A stretch of 64,000 nucleotides of DNA from Mizuhopecten yessoensis (lineage: Eukaryota). The stretch spans positions 512,994 to 576,993 of the forward strand of contig NW_018407496.1 of NCBI RefSeq assembly GCF_002113885.1, written 5' to 3'. The position numbers and the translations under genes are program-made. Within the stretch, counting starts at the first letter, position 1, and every line of letters starts with the position of its first letter. This document shows positions 50,740-63,743 of the stretch, in pieces. The notes beneath the pieces were generated by a model. The model had not been told where the DNA came from and made no database searches. It saw nothing but the letters and a program-made list of their open reading frames with translations.

Positions 50740-52152
50740 TTTAGCTCCCCTGGCTGGAAGGGGCTACCAAGTTAGTTAAAATGAATTACTTTAACCCACT
50801 TTGAAGGTCACAGGGGTCAGATGTGTTAAAATATAGAAACAACTTCTTCTGAATAACCCAAAGGCCCAGGATTGTGTAATTTTGCCAGTAGCCTGCAGTG
50901 GTGAAGGGCTACCAAGTTTGTTCAAATGATGTTGACCAACTTTCATGGTCACTGGGGTCAAATGTTTTTAAAGACTTTAAACAGTTTTATTCACAATTAC
51001 CAAAAGACCCAGGATGATGATATTTGTCCAGTAGCGTGTTCAGATGAAGGGCTACCAAGCTTGTTCAACTCAATGATTGTTACCTACTCTCAAGGTCACG
51101 AGGATCAAATATATCTATCCATAACAAAATCTCTGAAATTTGGATCATATCATTCTGGGATGAAGGGCTTCCAAGTTTCTTCAAATGAATGACGTTGATC
51201 CACTTTTAAGGTATTCCATGTATAATGCATATTTTTTGGAAGTGAAAAAAAATACACACATGCCAGTGAAGTAGTTCCCAAATTTTTATGAACTTTTACT
51301 GCATATTTTTCCTGTTTTGATGCATTTTATAAGTACGCTCCACTGGGGCCGCTTTCTGTTCAAAGTCCAATAAAATAACGAAAACCTTCTATATGCAGAT
51401 AGTTATGATTTTGTTCACTTTTTGCAAACCATTTACTTTTATACACCGACAAATTGGTTAAACATTGTAGATTACAAATTTTCTATGGAAAAAAAAACTT
51501 TTTCCAGAAATACAAAAAAAATAAAATTGCATTTATGTATATTCAATATTGCCATGAAATTCAAATTTATGTACTCCATTTTTAATGGTACATAGTGAAA
51601 AAAATATATATTTGTACAACAAATTATATCAGATATAGATGAAAAAACATTTTTATTTTCTTGCAAAATCTCTTTACAATGCAAAAAACGTAATAAATCA
51701 AAGTTTTATCGTCTGAATTTTGAAAAAAATGTAAAGTTACACCCCCTTCCAATCCCTTGACAGTAATTTTGACGAGATTTTCTAAAAACGGCCGCGTAAA
51801 TAACGAACAGTCGCCATTTATTTACAATCCAGGTTTCCCCAGCGGGCGGTAACTCGTACCGAAAATGATGTCATGATTAGGGGGAATTCCGACATTACGA
51901 AGTTTCCAGATGTTAGCCGATGTTAACTGATTTCATTATACATGGAATACCTTAAAGTCACATGGATCAAATGTGTTGAATTTTTTTTAAATAATTGCCT
52001 CTTAATTACTATAGGACCAAGGTTGATGATGTTTGGCCAGTAGCTCAATTTAGACGATATATATACATCAACCTTGGTCAACTAATAGTGTGTAAGGTTA
52101 TTATTGTGAGATTAATACCAGGTGAACGGTACAGACCCATAGGCCTCTTGTT
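50740..52152 (+). mobile_element. Helentron/HINE-like non-autonomous element with internal diverged repeats
   Basis: 5' tttagctcccctgg and 3' ccaggtgaacg followed by the hairpin-like agacccataggcctcttgtt. Internal recurring aagggctaccaagtttgttcaaatga...aggtcac units. Confidence 0.6.
51210..51951. mobile_element. 742-bp non-autonomous TTAA-targeting DNA transposon (Kolobok-like), nested in the HINE-like element
   Basis: ttaa[ggtattccatgtataatg ... cattatacatggaatacc]ttaa. Perfect 18-bp TIRs with GG...CC ends. Confidence 0.85.
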
Positions 52153-52598
52153 ATTATTTGGCACAGAACACATTGTTTATACAAAAACAATAAGCAAATA
52201 ATGTTACTTGATAGTAATGTAGAGTCGTATTAATTCAAGGCTCAAAACAGAATGTTTTTGAACCATTGTGAAATGAAATCTTTTTAAGCTAAGGAGGTGT
52301 AGGAAGGGAATCAGTGACCTATAATCTGGTTATCTGGCTAAGATTCTCTAACAGTACAACCTCAGTTGGGATTCTGTAACAAAATCTTAGTCTTCAATTG
52401 AGATAACTAGATCTTGCTTTGTTACAGGAAATAGATTTTATATGTATCTCTTTTTTAAATTAGATCATTAATCATGTGAAGATTTTCACCCGATACCCAC
52501 TCTGAATACAGATACATTGTATTGCATGAATTCATGTGACCAACCCAATGCAAACAATTTAATACAAAGTCCAGTTACCAACATGTATTGCAGAATCA

Positions 52599-53180
52599 TG
52601 ACCTTTGGAAATGTGTAACTTAGTCTGAAACCTTGTTAGTCAGATCCTTGTCATTCAGGAACTTTGTCAGTCAGGAATCTTATTAGTCAGTAACTTTGTT
52701 AGTGAGGAACCTTGTTTGTCAGGAACCTTGTTTGTCAGGAACCTTGTTTACTAAGACCTTTCTGAGTCAGGAACATTGATATCCAACAACCAAGTGTTAT
52801 CAAGGCATCCTTTTAGTAAGGAACATTTTTAGCAAGGACTTTGTTAGTCAGCAACTTTGTAAACCAGTAATTTTATCAGTCAGGNTGACCTTTGGAAACG
52901 TGTAACTTAGTCTGAAACCTTGTTAGTCAGATCCTTGTCATTCAGGAACTTTGTCAGTCAGGAATCTTATTAGTCAGTAACTTTGTTAGTGAGGAACCTT
53001 GTTTGTCAGGAACCTTGTTTGTCAGGAACCTTGTTTACTAAGACCTTTCTGAGTCAGGAACATTGATATCCAACAACCAAGTGTTATCAAGGCATCCTGT
53101 TAGTTGGGAACATTTTTAAGCCAGACATCATGTTAGCCATTGATATTGTTTGCCAGGGATGTTGTTTGTTGTTAATCAGA
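52599..53180. repeat. Degenerate ~16-bp repeat with a ~215-bp near-exact duplication across an N (52885)
   Basis: aggaaccttgtttgtc units. 52599-52810 matches 52886-53098. Confidence 0.75.
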
Positions 53181-53397
53181 ACTTTTGTTATTCAGACACT
53201 TTATTAGAGTACAATAAGTGAACCGTTCTGCTGATCAGGTCAGCAACAGGTATGCAAAATAACGTGAGGAAACATGGTTACATCTCCTGTGAGCCCTTTA
53301 TGTTATAAATGTGAGCAGATTTGGTAGAGACGCGAGTCTGATTTGCGTAATTCACATTATATTTAAGAATAATTAGTTTTGTTGTCAATGCTAACAG

Positions 53398-53473
53398 ATT
53401 AACCCATATGATGAACATAAAGAAGCAAGTTCAGAAAGCATGGAGGTCAACAAAGCCTACTGTAGGAATGAAA
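53398..53473 (+). CDS. Gene B exon (INPYDEHKEASSESMEVNKAYCRNE)
   Basis: ctaacag| ... A|gtgagt, phase 0 to 1. Confidence 0.7.
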
Positions 53474-53845
53474 GTGAGTATACATGTTAGGTTCAGTGAA
53501 TCTTGTATCAAAGGCCAAATAAGGAAAAGGCAAATATGCTTGCTAGCTGATAAGGAGAGAAATTTGTTTTTATTTACAAAAATAAATCTTTGGTTTTGAT
53601 TTTAAATGTTGAAGAGATGGGAAGTCCTATACATGAAAAAAAGAAAAATGTTTAGAAAAATTCTAAGATTTCTCCTAAAAGGAAAGAACTTGTCTCTCAT
53701 AAAGGTCACAGTGTAAGATCATAAAATAGGACAAAAATTGAAGAATCGGTTGGAGCATTGAAGGAATTTTAGTTGCAAAGTCCATTATTTTAAGATGGAA
53801 AGAAAGTAACTTTTACTCGTATTTTGAACTGATGAATTTTTCCAG

Positions 53846-56789
53846 ATGCAAAACAACGAGAAAAACCTATGAGTCTGATATCCTCAACAGCATCCTGTGA
53901 ATTACCTGGTGCTATGGGTACTGTGGTGGAGAAAACAAATTGCTGCACGACCACAGTGAAGATGGAGAACAGGACAGAAAGCAAATCTGTCCAATTCCAA
54001 AACAATGTCATAGTGTATCCAAGTCCTTCTGGTGTAGTGGACACTAACTCAAGCAGTGGACAGATGACAGTGGAATGTCTGTCTGACCTCCGGTCAGAGG
54101 GACTCCGCGTAGGCGAGGACTGTAAGGCTAGGAGACCAGCCACACCTGGCAAACTTCTCAATGAAGGGGAGACAACTGCCTCCCAACCCCTGACGCCTGC
54201 ACCTATGAATGAAGGAAAGAAAACAGTCTCTCCACCTCAGACATCCACATATGTGACTGTGAAAGATCCAGATTACACCCCTCGTACTCCACGGAACACT
54301 GTAAAACCAGAGAGTGACAAAGGAAAGACTAACACATCTTTACCTCAATGTACAGCTAGTAGCCAACAGACCAAGACACTGATTGAAGAGTCTAAAGGAG
54401 ATCTCTATGTTAAAGAAGTTGGAAATAGTTCTACCTTGGACAATGACATTCCCCCAGAAGAAGTGTGTGCCAAGCGCTCGTGGAGTAGATTAGATCTTTC
54501 AACTTATCCAACAAACGATGACTGCTTCAGAACAAGTGAGAAAGTTTTGTCTGGCGAGGAAAGAAATGAGAAAGTAAGGAAGAATATGTCTGACGTCAAT
54601 GTTGTTGATACTGACAGGCAGGAATTAGAGGAGAAAGCTAGGCGACGAGCAGACAGGAAGAAAAGAAAAGAAATGAGAATGGCTGCTGAAGGTTACATAA
54701 AAGAACAAGAAAACCTACCTCAGGAGGAGAAACGTAAATTAAAAAAAAAGGCAAAAAAGAAAAACATTCAAAAGAAAACAGCAATAAATAGTGAAGAGCC
54801 AGCCGGCCAAAAGGAATACAGACACCAGAGAGTAATGAGATTGGAGGCAGAGAGAGACACAACAAATCTCAATGGACAGGAAGGTAGCGATGGTACTGTC
54901 ACATTTGAAGATAAACTACTACACTGGGAAAAAATGAAAACAACAGGAGACAATCGCTCACTTGATGGTCAGGAGGAAACAAACAAACCTGCTAGGAAAA
55001 CGAGAACAAAAAAGAAGAAAAACAGAGAACTACCAGCAGCTGGAGATGAGGGTATGGGTACTGAGAAAGCAAAGAGGAAAGAAAGGACACACATGGAGCA
55101 TGACGTGAATAAAGAAGATATCCTAGGGTCTGGAGAAGAGACTGGTGAGTGCATAGAGCCTATAGAACATGCAATGCATCCACACAAAAAGCCACATAAA
55201 TACAACGAAAGCAGATATAGAGAAGACACTGTTTTAAAGCACAGCAGTGATGATGAGATACACACTTATCATGTAGACCATTCAAAGATTTATTGTGAAG
55301 ACAATTCCAAGATTGGACAGGCAGATTCAAACTTTCTAGATGAAATTGGTAAGGAGAAGCTCTCTCAAGAGGAACGAAGAAAAAAACAGACCAAAAGGAA
55401 AAAAATGAAAGAGGCCATAGCAGCAGGAAATGAACACTCGAATGACATGAGGAAGGAATATCCAGATGACCAGGTTATCACTCAGATGAGCAGAGAAGAC
55501 AATGATTACCAGAGGGAACATGTTACTGATCAAGACAAAATTGAGGGGATGCAGCAGGAAATTGCAGAAATCTTAGGTCTGTCATCAAATTCAGACCAGG
55601 CACAAAGAATTAAACATAGACGAGGAATGGTCAACAAAGATACCAATCACATTTTCAAGGATGAGCAAGGATGTGAAAACAGTGGAAACCAAAAGTCTGA
55701 AGATTTCGAAGCACTTAGATATGAAAGGGACTCAGCTATTGGTTTCCAAAATGAGAAAGGTAATGCCAAATCAAAAAGTAAACTCATGAATTTTACATGT
55801 GGGGAAAGAATCCAGCAACAGAAGTCCAGACAAAAGAGAAAAGTCAAAAACTTAAATGACGATCAATTATCCAGTGCAGTTTTTACTTCAGAAAATCCTA
55901 TCATCCATGATGGATACCCTGTAATTACAGATTCTGTCTCTCCTCAAACGGTGATGAATGAGGATGTTTTAGATGTAAATCCCATCCCTTTGACATCCAG
56001 TTATGAAAGTAACGCTCCTGTTCAAAGTGAATCAAATAAGAAGTATGTTCATGCAGGAGTGGGACCAACACATTCTGAAGATGTTTCACAGAAAGCTGTT
56101 CATGTGGCCAAAACCAAACCTGTGACTGTTGCTAGTGGAGAAAGACGTAGAAAGTCTTCAAACAAAAACAGGGACAACCGAGACAATTCTACAACTGATG
56201 AAGTGAGCTCTACATATGTTAAAGGGCACAAACAGTCCCCTGGTGGTCAACACATTGGTCAGCAGTACTCTGTTGACCACCAACATGTCTCTTTATATCC
56301 AGAGGAAGAAGAAGATGACCACACAGTCAACTTCCACAAAGATCTTTCGTCCCAAGTTTCGACATGGGCACCTGGAAACCAACCCAGGATGCAGGACAGG
56401 GTACAAACTGCAGAAAATTACTTGCTGATGGCAAAACAGGACAGTTCATTGGAAACACCAGGCATTGGTGGAAACAGAAAGGGACATTTTAATGAAGAAG
56501 ATAGGGTCACCCACAGTTCATCAACATATCCAAGGGAGAGAGATGCCTCAAACCACATCAACATTACCACCAGAGATGGTGACCTTCTACCTACAGCGCC
56601 TACTTCACCAGAAAGTGACGAGGATAGACAGCGCGAACAAGTGTCAAGTCATCAGGATGTAAAGGATCACTATCTGTCAATCACAGAACTAGATCGTCCA
56701 AGGCCGGTCGGATGTGATGTGGATATAGATCTGGGTCGAGAGATGAAGCCTGGATTAGAATCGGCTGTCAGGAGGATGAACCAATTGGG
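53846..56789 (+). CDS. Gene B giant exon (2944 nt), charged and disordered with K/R-rich tracts
   Basis: tttttccag| in frame with the 974-aa ORF. Donor GG|gtgagt, phase 1 to 2. Confidence 0.9.
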
Positions 56790-57327
56790 GTGAGTAGACC
56801 ATCACATGGTCTACATAAACGTAACTAGGTCAAGAAAAAAATACAAATCTTTTGAAAGTTATGACACAGGTCTGAGAAGTTTCTATTGTAGTGCACCTCT
56901 GGGTAGCTAAAATGAAAAACTTGTGACAAGCTTCAGAAATTTCATATAAAATATTCATATTAAACTTAAATGAGCCCAAGAAATAGGTTCATAGTTCACT
57001 ATTAAACATTTATTATTATTCAATATTCATAAGAAGTTATTTTCCAGGTATAGTTTTTGCGGTAGTTTAAATTTCACCTTCTATAATAAGGGAAAATTTA
57101 TCATGTGAGGGCAAATATTAGTACACACCATACATTGCATAGTCATTACATTAGAAGAATGAAAATAACACAGGGCAAATATCAATTTTACCGGTGCAGG
57201 GTAAAAGTTTGACTAGGTGAAAGTTTCCCAGTATGACATGTTTTATGTAGGAATTTGTAATAAGTGTACAAGCATATTTTGAAACATGTTTACTTTATCT
57301 GTATACATTTTGTTGAAGAACCTACAG

Positions 57328-57559
57328 TGGCAGTATTAGTCGGCCGGAGTCTAGATCCCTGTGGAGTACTTCCACCATGAGTATCCCCCACTCCATCCAG
57401 GAAGAGGATGAGACAGAGGAGTCGGAGGATCAGACAGGACAAGATCCTAGTGATGAGGATAGAGGAGAAGAGATATCCTACACAGATACAGGACAAGAAA
57501 ACCATATCAAGTATCCAGCACCGGGTCCCAGGGAGGAGCTGGCTCCAAACGTGTTTAAG
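57328..57559 (+). CDS. Gene B exon (GSISRPESRSLWSTSTMSIPHSIQEEDE...APNVFK)
   Basis: cctacag| ... AAG|gtaact, phase 2 to 0. Confidence 0.75.
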
Positions 57560-57883
57560 GTAACTTAGTCAGATCCAGGGTGCGTTAAAAAGGAGTCAAG
57601 TACAGACATTCTTGTGGTGTGTGTTTCATAAAATTATTAGCTGATTAGCGTTGAAAAGATTTAAGCATGTCCTATAAAAAGTGAACAGGAACAGCCCAAC
57701 CTTTAAATGATACATCTCGATAACCATCTACAGCATGTCATCTGCAATTAATGTAACTGTATTGAGAAAAAGCAAGGTTTAAAAATGGATGGCATGTATT
57801 TAACAATGCTATGTTCTTGAAGCATTTTACCAATAAGATGATGGATCGCTGACTATTCCATTAATAGTAAGTATGGTTGACAG

Positions 57884-57983
57884 GTGGATAAGATGAACCT
57901 GCCACCGGTATGTGTGGTACAGAAGGAGGATGTAACTAAATCAGCTAGTGTGAGAAAACCCGGGCACAGCACTATTCAGACAG
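57884..57983 (+). CDS. Gene B exon (VDKMNLPPVCVVQKEDVTKSASVRKPGHSTIQT)
   Basis: ttgacag| ... G|gtaaac, phase 0 to 1. Confidence 0.65.
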
Positions 57984-58320
57984 GTAAACATGGAAATCTT
58001 TAGTACTGTAACTAGTGTTAGGTCTGCTGAACAATAACCACTAGGGTAAGATTGGAGATTCTGTTTTCAATGAAACTTTTCCCAAGTGAATTATTCCCCT
58101 TTGCTTGTTTGACATGTTTGTCGAGTGCTTACTTCAGGCTTCACTGTAAAAATACTAGTTAATATTATAAATTCATAAAAAAAGCTTCATTATTGAGATC
58201 AAACACTGCTGAATGGGGCTAATGAAAGCATTTCCCTGTATAATATGGTATGCTGCTGTCTTCATTATGACTAATGGTGCTCATTGTCAGATAAAATGAT
58301 GAACTATGTCCTGATTTCAG

Positions 58321-60131
58321 GTAAAGAACAGGACAGTCGTACAGAGGACATCAGACCTGTAAGTAAGCAGGTCAGAGTTGATGACATACAAAGCAGATTA
58401 TCTCCTGAACTGGAGACCTTTCTCGCTCAGTACAGTGATCTTAAATCTGACGTGGAAGCGAGCTTGATCCCAGATCAGACCTGGGAAGAGATTACTAAAC
58501 CCATAGGTCAATTCAGACCCAAGGCAAGATACTCTGCTGACAAACCTCAGGGAATACAGGGTCAGAAACTACATATCACAGAAGGGAATGATGAGCCGAG
58601 TATAGCTAATCCAACTCCTACAATGCTGCCTGCTCATTTGAATAGAAAACAGAGAGCACATTATGAGAAACTCCAAGTGACTTTCCGTGCCCCAGAAAAG
58701 AATCTTCCAGGAGCCCAGTTTTGGAAAGATTTAAATGCAGATAAGTTGGTATCAGAAGCTGTTTCACAGGATCTGTTCATCAAGACACCATTCGGTCATA
58801 CCTTCCCAAACGAATGTGAGAATCAACAGATGTCTCCTATCAAAGCTTATCTTGATGACTATTCTCATCAGAGTGATGCTGCATTAGATGAGACAGGGTA
58901 TGAAAGTATGGAGCAGTTGGAGAACTATGACAACAGTCCAGAGTCATTGTCTGACCTGAGGAACAAGCTGAGTAAGATTTGCAGTGAGGAGGTCGAGTCA
59001 GACCCAGCTCCACGTCCACCGTCTCCACCTGGTGGAACGGACATGATTGAAGTATCCACAGATCCTAGATTCTGGAAATCACATGACTCATCAGGCAGGG
59101 ATTCGTCTCGATTGTCTGCTGAAGTTTTATCAAGAATTGAGAATTGTGCAGGTCAGAATGTCGACATGTTACAGTTTGCTGATGAAAACAGTAGCTACGA
59201 AGATGAACAATTTCATGAAGATTACAAAGAGCCCTCCTATGCACCAAGCCTAATAGATCGCTATCACTCAAAAAATGAAGAAAATATTGACTTCTTCAGA
59301 TGTGTTTCTAGAGGAGGTCTGAACAATATACAATCACTGAGGACAGAAGAGGAGAATATTGCTAGATCCTTTGCTAGAACAGACTCTAGGGAACACACAG
59401 TTGATGATGAAACAGTCGATGCCAACTTACTCTTTTTCAAAACAGTAGCAAGATATCCCGAGTTTAATGAGCAGGAGATTGAGACCACTGACTCTAAGGT
59501 TGTCAAGTCGAGATGTGGCAGGAGGAGTCCGGGGTTCATTCCTGATGATCCCAGCAACTACATCAGTGGAGAAGTAGCTCACCAAAACTTAGAATTCTTC
59601 CGAGCTGTAGCCAGAGACACCAGCTTCTTCAAGTTACCTGACAAGGAGGACCAGGACAGTGAGGACAATTCTGATGAAGATTCTACACCACCAAGAAATA
59701 AGCTTGAAGCTGATTCTTCCCTACAGAACGACACAACTAGCTGTCACAAAGACAGGTCTCATCACCATACCAAAATGCCTAGTCAGAAACCAGCTTCCAA
59801 AATATTGAATCGCTTTCAACGCAAGACATTAGCACAAGATCATTTGGACAGTCAAAAGACGGGTCCTCCTCATCTGTCTAAGTTGTACTCCAAAAGGACT
59901 GATGGCCTCAGTCTCTTACAACCAGTGGTGTCTCCCTGCAAAGCCAAGGAAAACATGGACTTCTTTTTACAAGTCTCTAAGGATCCTCATTTCTATAAGA
60001 TTGCAGAAAAACCAGAAGTACCAGTAATGGTAGCTCCGAATAATAAACCAAAGTCATACAAAGGCATCAATGTCAACAGTGGGCGACCCATAGGCAAGAA
60101 GGGACTAGGCTTCAAGTCACGACTTACCTAG
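58321..60131 (+). CDS. Gene B terminal exon with four ENLxFFxxV[SA][RK] repeats
   Basis: ctgatttcag| in phase 1, within the 615-aa ORF ending at TAG. The nine exons total 5663 nt (~1890 codons) with no stop. Confidence 0.88.
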
Positions 60132-60228
60132 GGCTTCAAGTCACGACTTACCTAGGGCTTCAAGTCACGACTTACCTAGGGCTTCAAGTCACAACTTACC
60201 TTGGGCATCAAGTCACCACTTGCCTAGG
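60107..60228. repeat. 25-bp tandem repeat (~5 copies) overlapping the gene B stop codon
   Basis: Unit ggcttcaagtcacgacttacctagg. Confidence 0.9.
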
Positions 60229-61552
60229 CAGTTAACAGCAACAAAAACAGCTTAGAAATATAGGAGAGTAAAATTAGTTATACTTGACACAAAATCACAT
60301 GGTCATCTTTCTTAGGGTTATCTAGATGTGTTACACCTTTGAACCTGCGTTGTCTTTTTAATGACTCGGATGTCCCATGTTGGCCACAGAACTTATTCAA
60401 GATTTTATCTCGTTATTATACACTATATACTTTACAGAATTTTCATACAGGTCTATTCTATACAATAGATTTTTACACTTGTTTATAGATTATATTAAAC
60501 TTATTTACAAATCTTAATACTTTCTGATTGTTTTTATTTTCAACAGCTTTACTGCTTTATTAATCTACCTTGATACCTGACAAGTTCAAGAAATATAGTA
60601 ACTTTATAACAACAACTCAAAAAATGTGTTTGTATTTGTGATAGGAGGAGGGCCCTTTTTATAAGAATACTGCAAGGTCAGAACAATATATGCCATTAAC
60701 ATGCCATGTAACATCTATTTAGACACATCGTTCAACAAAGTGTTGTACTTAAATCCTTCTGATACAATCTTGTAACAAAATATATCAAAACATTGAAATT
60801 TAGCAAATTACATTTATACTATAAAACTCGGGAAAGTTGTATGTTTCTAGAGTTTGTTTAACTACATGAACTTTACTTCACTGGGCAAGGGAATACTAAC
60901 TTTGTTTCGTGAGGCACTCTACCCAATTCAGTATGGGGCATTGTCTTGAGACATTGAAGAATAACATGTTTGGTGAATGTAAGTGAAATGGCAAGGAAGT
61001 TATGAACCAAATTTTATATAAATTGAGAAAAGAGCATAACTCTGCTAAATGAAAGTTCCCTTCCAAAATGCTAACATATAGCTCATTTGTACATTTAAAG
61101 GCAGGAGAGTGACGACAAGGAAAGCTGGACAAGTGTGTTGAATACCATGGTTGACAGGAGTATGAAGTAAACTTTGGTTAGGTGCACTTCGACCTCAATG
61201 TTTCAGTCAGATATTTATATTCATTGGTTCTGTATGCTAGAATGTCTTTTGTTTTGAATTTGATCATTTTTTCTCGAAAACAATGTACAACAGACTTTTT
61301 GGCAAACCTTTGAATTATTTTAAAGCATCTAAAGCGTTTACACATCTTTAAAGTTTTATACATGTATACGTATTAACTTTTCATTTTATTTTAGTATAAA
61401 AGGGCCTGTTTTCTCAGTGACCTACTTGATTTTGACCTGGCAGTGAGATCAGCTTGCCAATAGTCAGTCTGAATACCTATCAATGTAATGGTGCTCCATT
61501 CATCAAGACTCAACCTCATACTCCACGTGTCGGAAAACTACTAAAAACTAGN

Positions 61553-63743
61553 TCCAAACCAATGTGCTACGTAACACCTGTGACCTTCATGTTAAGTGTG
61601 GTAAACAACACCACACACCTTGTCCAAGNGGGCCCATATATGGTCCTCGACCTATTTGTTTGACCAGTACATGTGACCTTGGTCTCTCCGGTTGAATTTT
61701 GACCTCTAGATGTAACCAGTCATGTCTTGAAATTAATTTTGCTGTAATTTAATTTGGACATTAGCCAGAACTTTGAAATACTTAACCTCTAGATCTGAAC
61801 TTCACCTTAGTTCAACACTTAAACCTTCACAGGTTAACCTTGGCAATCCAAACAAATGTGTGTCCTTCATGTTAAGTGTGGTAAACAACACCACACACCT
61901 TGTCCAAACAAATGTGCTACGAAACACCTGTGACCTTCATGTTAAGTGTGGTACACAACACCACACACCTTGTCCAAACAAATGTGCTACGTAACACCTG
62001 TGACCTTCATGTTAAGTGTGGTACACAACACCACACACCTTGTCCAAACAAATGTGCTACGTAACACCTNNNNNNNNNNNNNNNNNNNNNNNNNNNNNNN
62101 NNNNNNNNNNNNNNNNNNNNNNNNNNNNNNNNNNNNNNNNNNNNNNNNNNNNNNNNNNNNNNNNNNNNNNNNNNNNNNNNNNNNNNNNNNNNNNNNNNNN
62201 NNNNNNNNNNNNNNNNNNNNNNNNNNNNNNNNNNNNNNNNNNNNNNNNNNNNNNNNNNNNNNNNNNNNNNNNNNNNNNNNNNNNNNNNNNNNNNNNNNNN
62301 NNNNNNNNNNNNNNNNNNNNNNNNNNNNNNNNNNNNNNNNNNNNNNNNNNNNNNNNNNNNNNNNNNNNNNNNNNNNNNNNNNNNNNNNNNNNNNNNNNNN
62401 NNNNNNNNNNNNNNNNNNNNNNNNNNNNNNNNNNNNNNNNNNNNNNNNNNNNNNNNNNNNNNNNNNNNNNNNNNNNNNNNNNNNNNNNNNNNNNNNNNNN
62501 NNNNNNNNNNNNNNNNNNNNNNNNNNNNNNNNNNNNNNNNNNNNNNNNNNNNNNNNNNNNNNNNNNNNNNNNNNNNNNNNNNNNNNNNNNNNNNNNNNNN
62601 NNNNNNNNNNNNNNNNNNNNNNNNNNNNNNNNNNNNNNNNNNNNNNNNNNNNNNNNNNNNNNNNNNNNNNNNNNNNNNNNNNNNNNNNNNNNNNNNNNNN
62701 NNNNNNNNNNNNNNNNNNNNNNNNNNNNNNNNNNNNNNNNNNNNNNNNNNNNNNNNNNNNNNNNNNNNNNNNNNNNNNNNNNNNNNNNNNNNNNNNNNNN
62801 NNNNNNNNNNNNNNNNNNNNNNNNNNNNNNNNNNNNNNNNNNNNNNNNNNNNNNNNNNNNNNNNNNNNNNNNNNNNNNNNNNNNNNNNNNNNNNNNNNNN
62901 NNNNNNNNNNNNNNNNNNNNNNNNNNNNNNNNNNNNNNNNNNNNNNNNNNNNNNACAACACCACACACCTTGTCCAAACCAATGTACTACGCAACACCTG
63001 TGACCTTCATGTTAAGTGTGGTACACAACACCACACACCTTGTCCAAACCAATGTACTACGCAACACCTGTGACCTTCATGTTAAGTGTGGTACACAAAA
63101 CCACACACCTTGTCCAAACCAATGTGCTACGTAACACCTATGACCTTCATGTTAAGTGTGGTAAACAACACCACACACCTTGTCCAAACCAATGTACTAC
63201 GCAACACCTGTGACCTTCATGTTAAGGGTGGTACACAAAACCACACACCTTGTCCAAACAAATGTGCTACGTAACACCTGAGACCTTCATGTTAAGTGTG
63301 GTAAACAACACCACGCACCTTGTCCAAACCAATGTGCGACGTAACTCCTGTGACCTTCATGTTAAGTGTGGGACACAAAACCACACACCTTGTCCAAACC
63401 AATGTGCTACGTAACACATGTTACATTCATGTTAAGTGTGGTACACAAAACCACACACCTTGTCCAAACAAATGTGCTACGTAACACCTGTGACCTTCAT
63501 GTTAAGTGTGGTAAACAACACCACGCACCTTGTCCAAACCAATGTGCTACGTAACACCTGTGACCTTCATGTTAAGTGTGGTTCACAACACCACACACCT
63601 TGTCCAAACCAATGTGCTACGTAACACATGTTACATTCATGTTAAGTGTGGTACACAACACCACACACCTTGTCCAAACCAACGTGCGACATAACACATG
63701 TGACCTTCATGTTAAGTGTGGTACACAACACCACGCACCTTGG
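61553..63743. repeat. 70-bp satellite array spanning an assembly gap
   Basis: Unit tccaaaccaatgtgctacgtaacacctgtgaccttcatgttaagtgtggtaaacaacaccacacaccttg. One isolated unit lies between the Ns at 61552 and 61629; the main array starts at ~61848. Confidence 0.95.
62070..62954. other. Assembly gap (885 N)
   Basis: Run of N. Confidence 1.

Noticed and set aside
61946-63624. ORFs of 300-375 aa and repeated 62-65-aa ORFs
   Set aside because: They are artefacts of the N gap and the 70-bp satellite.
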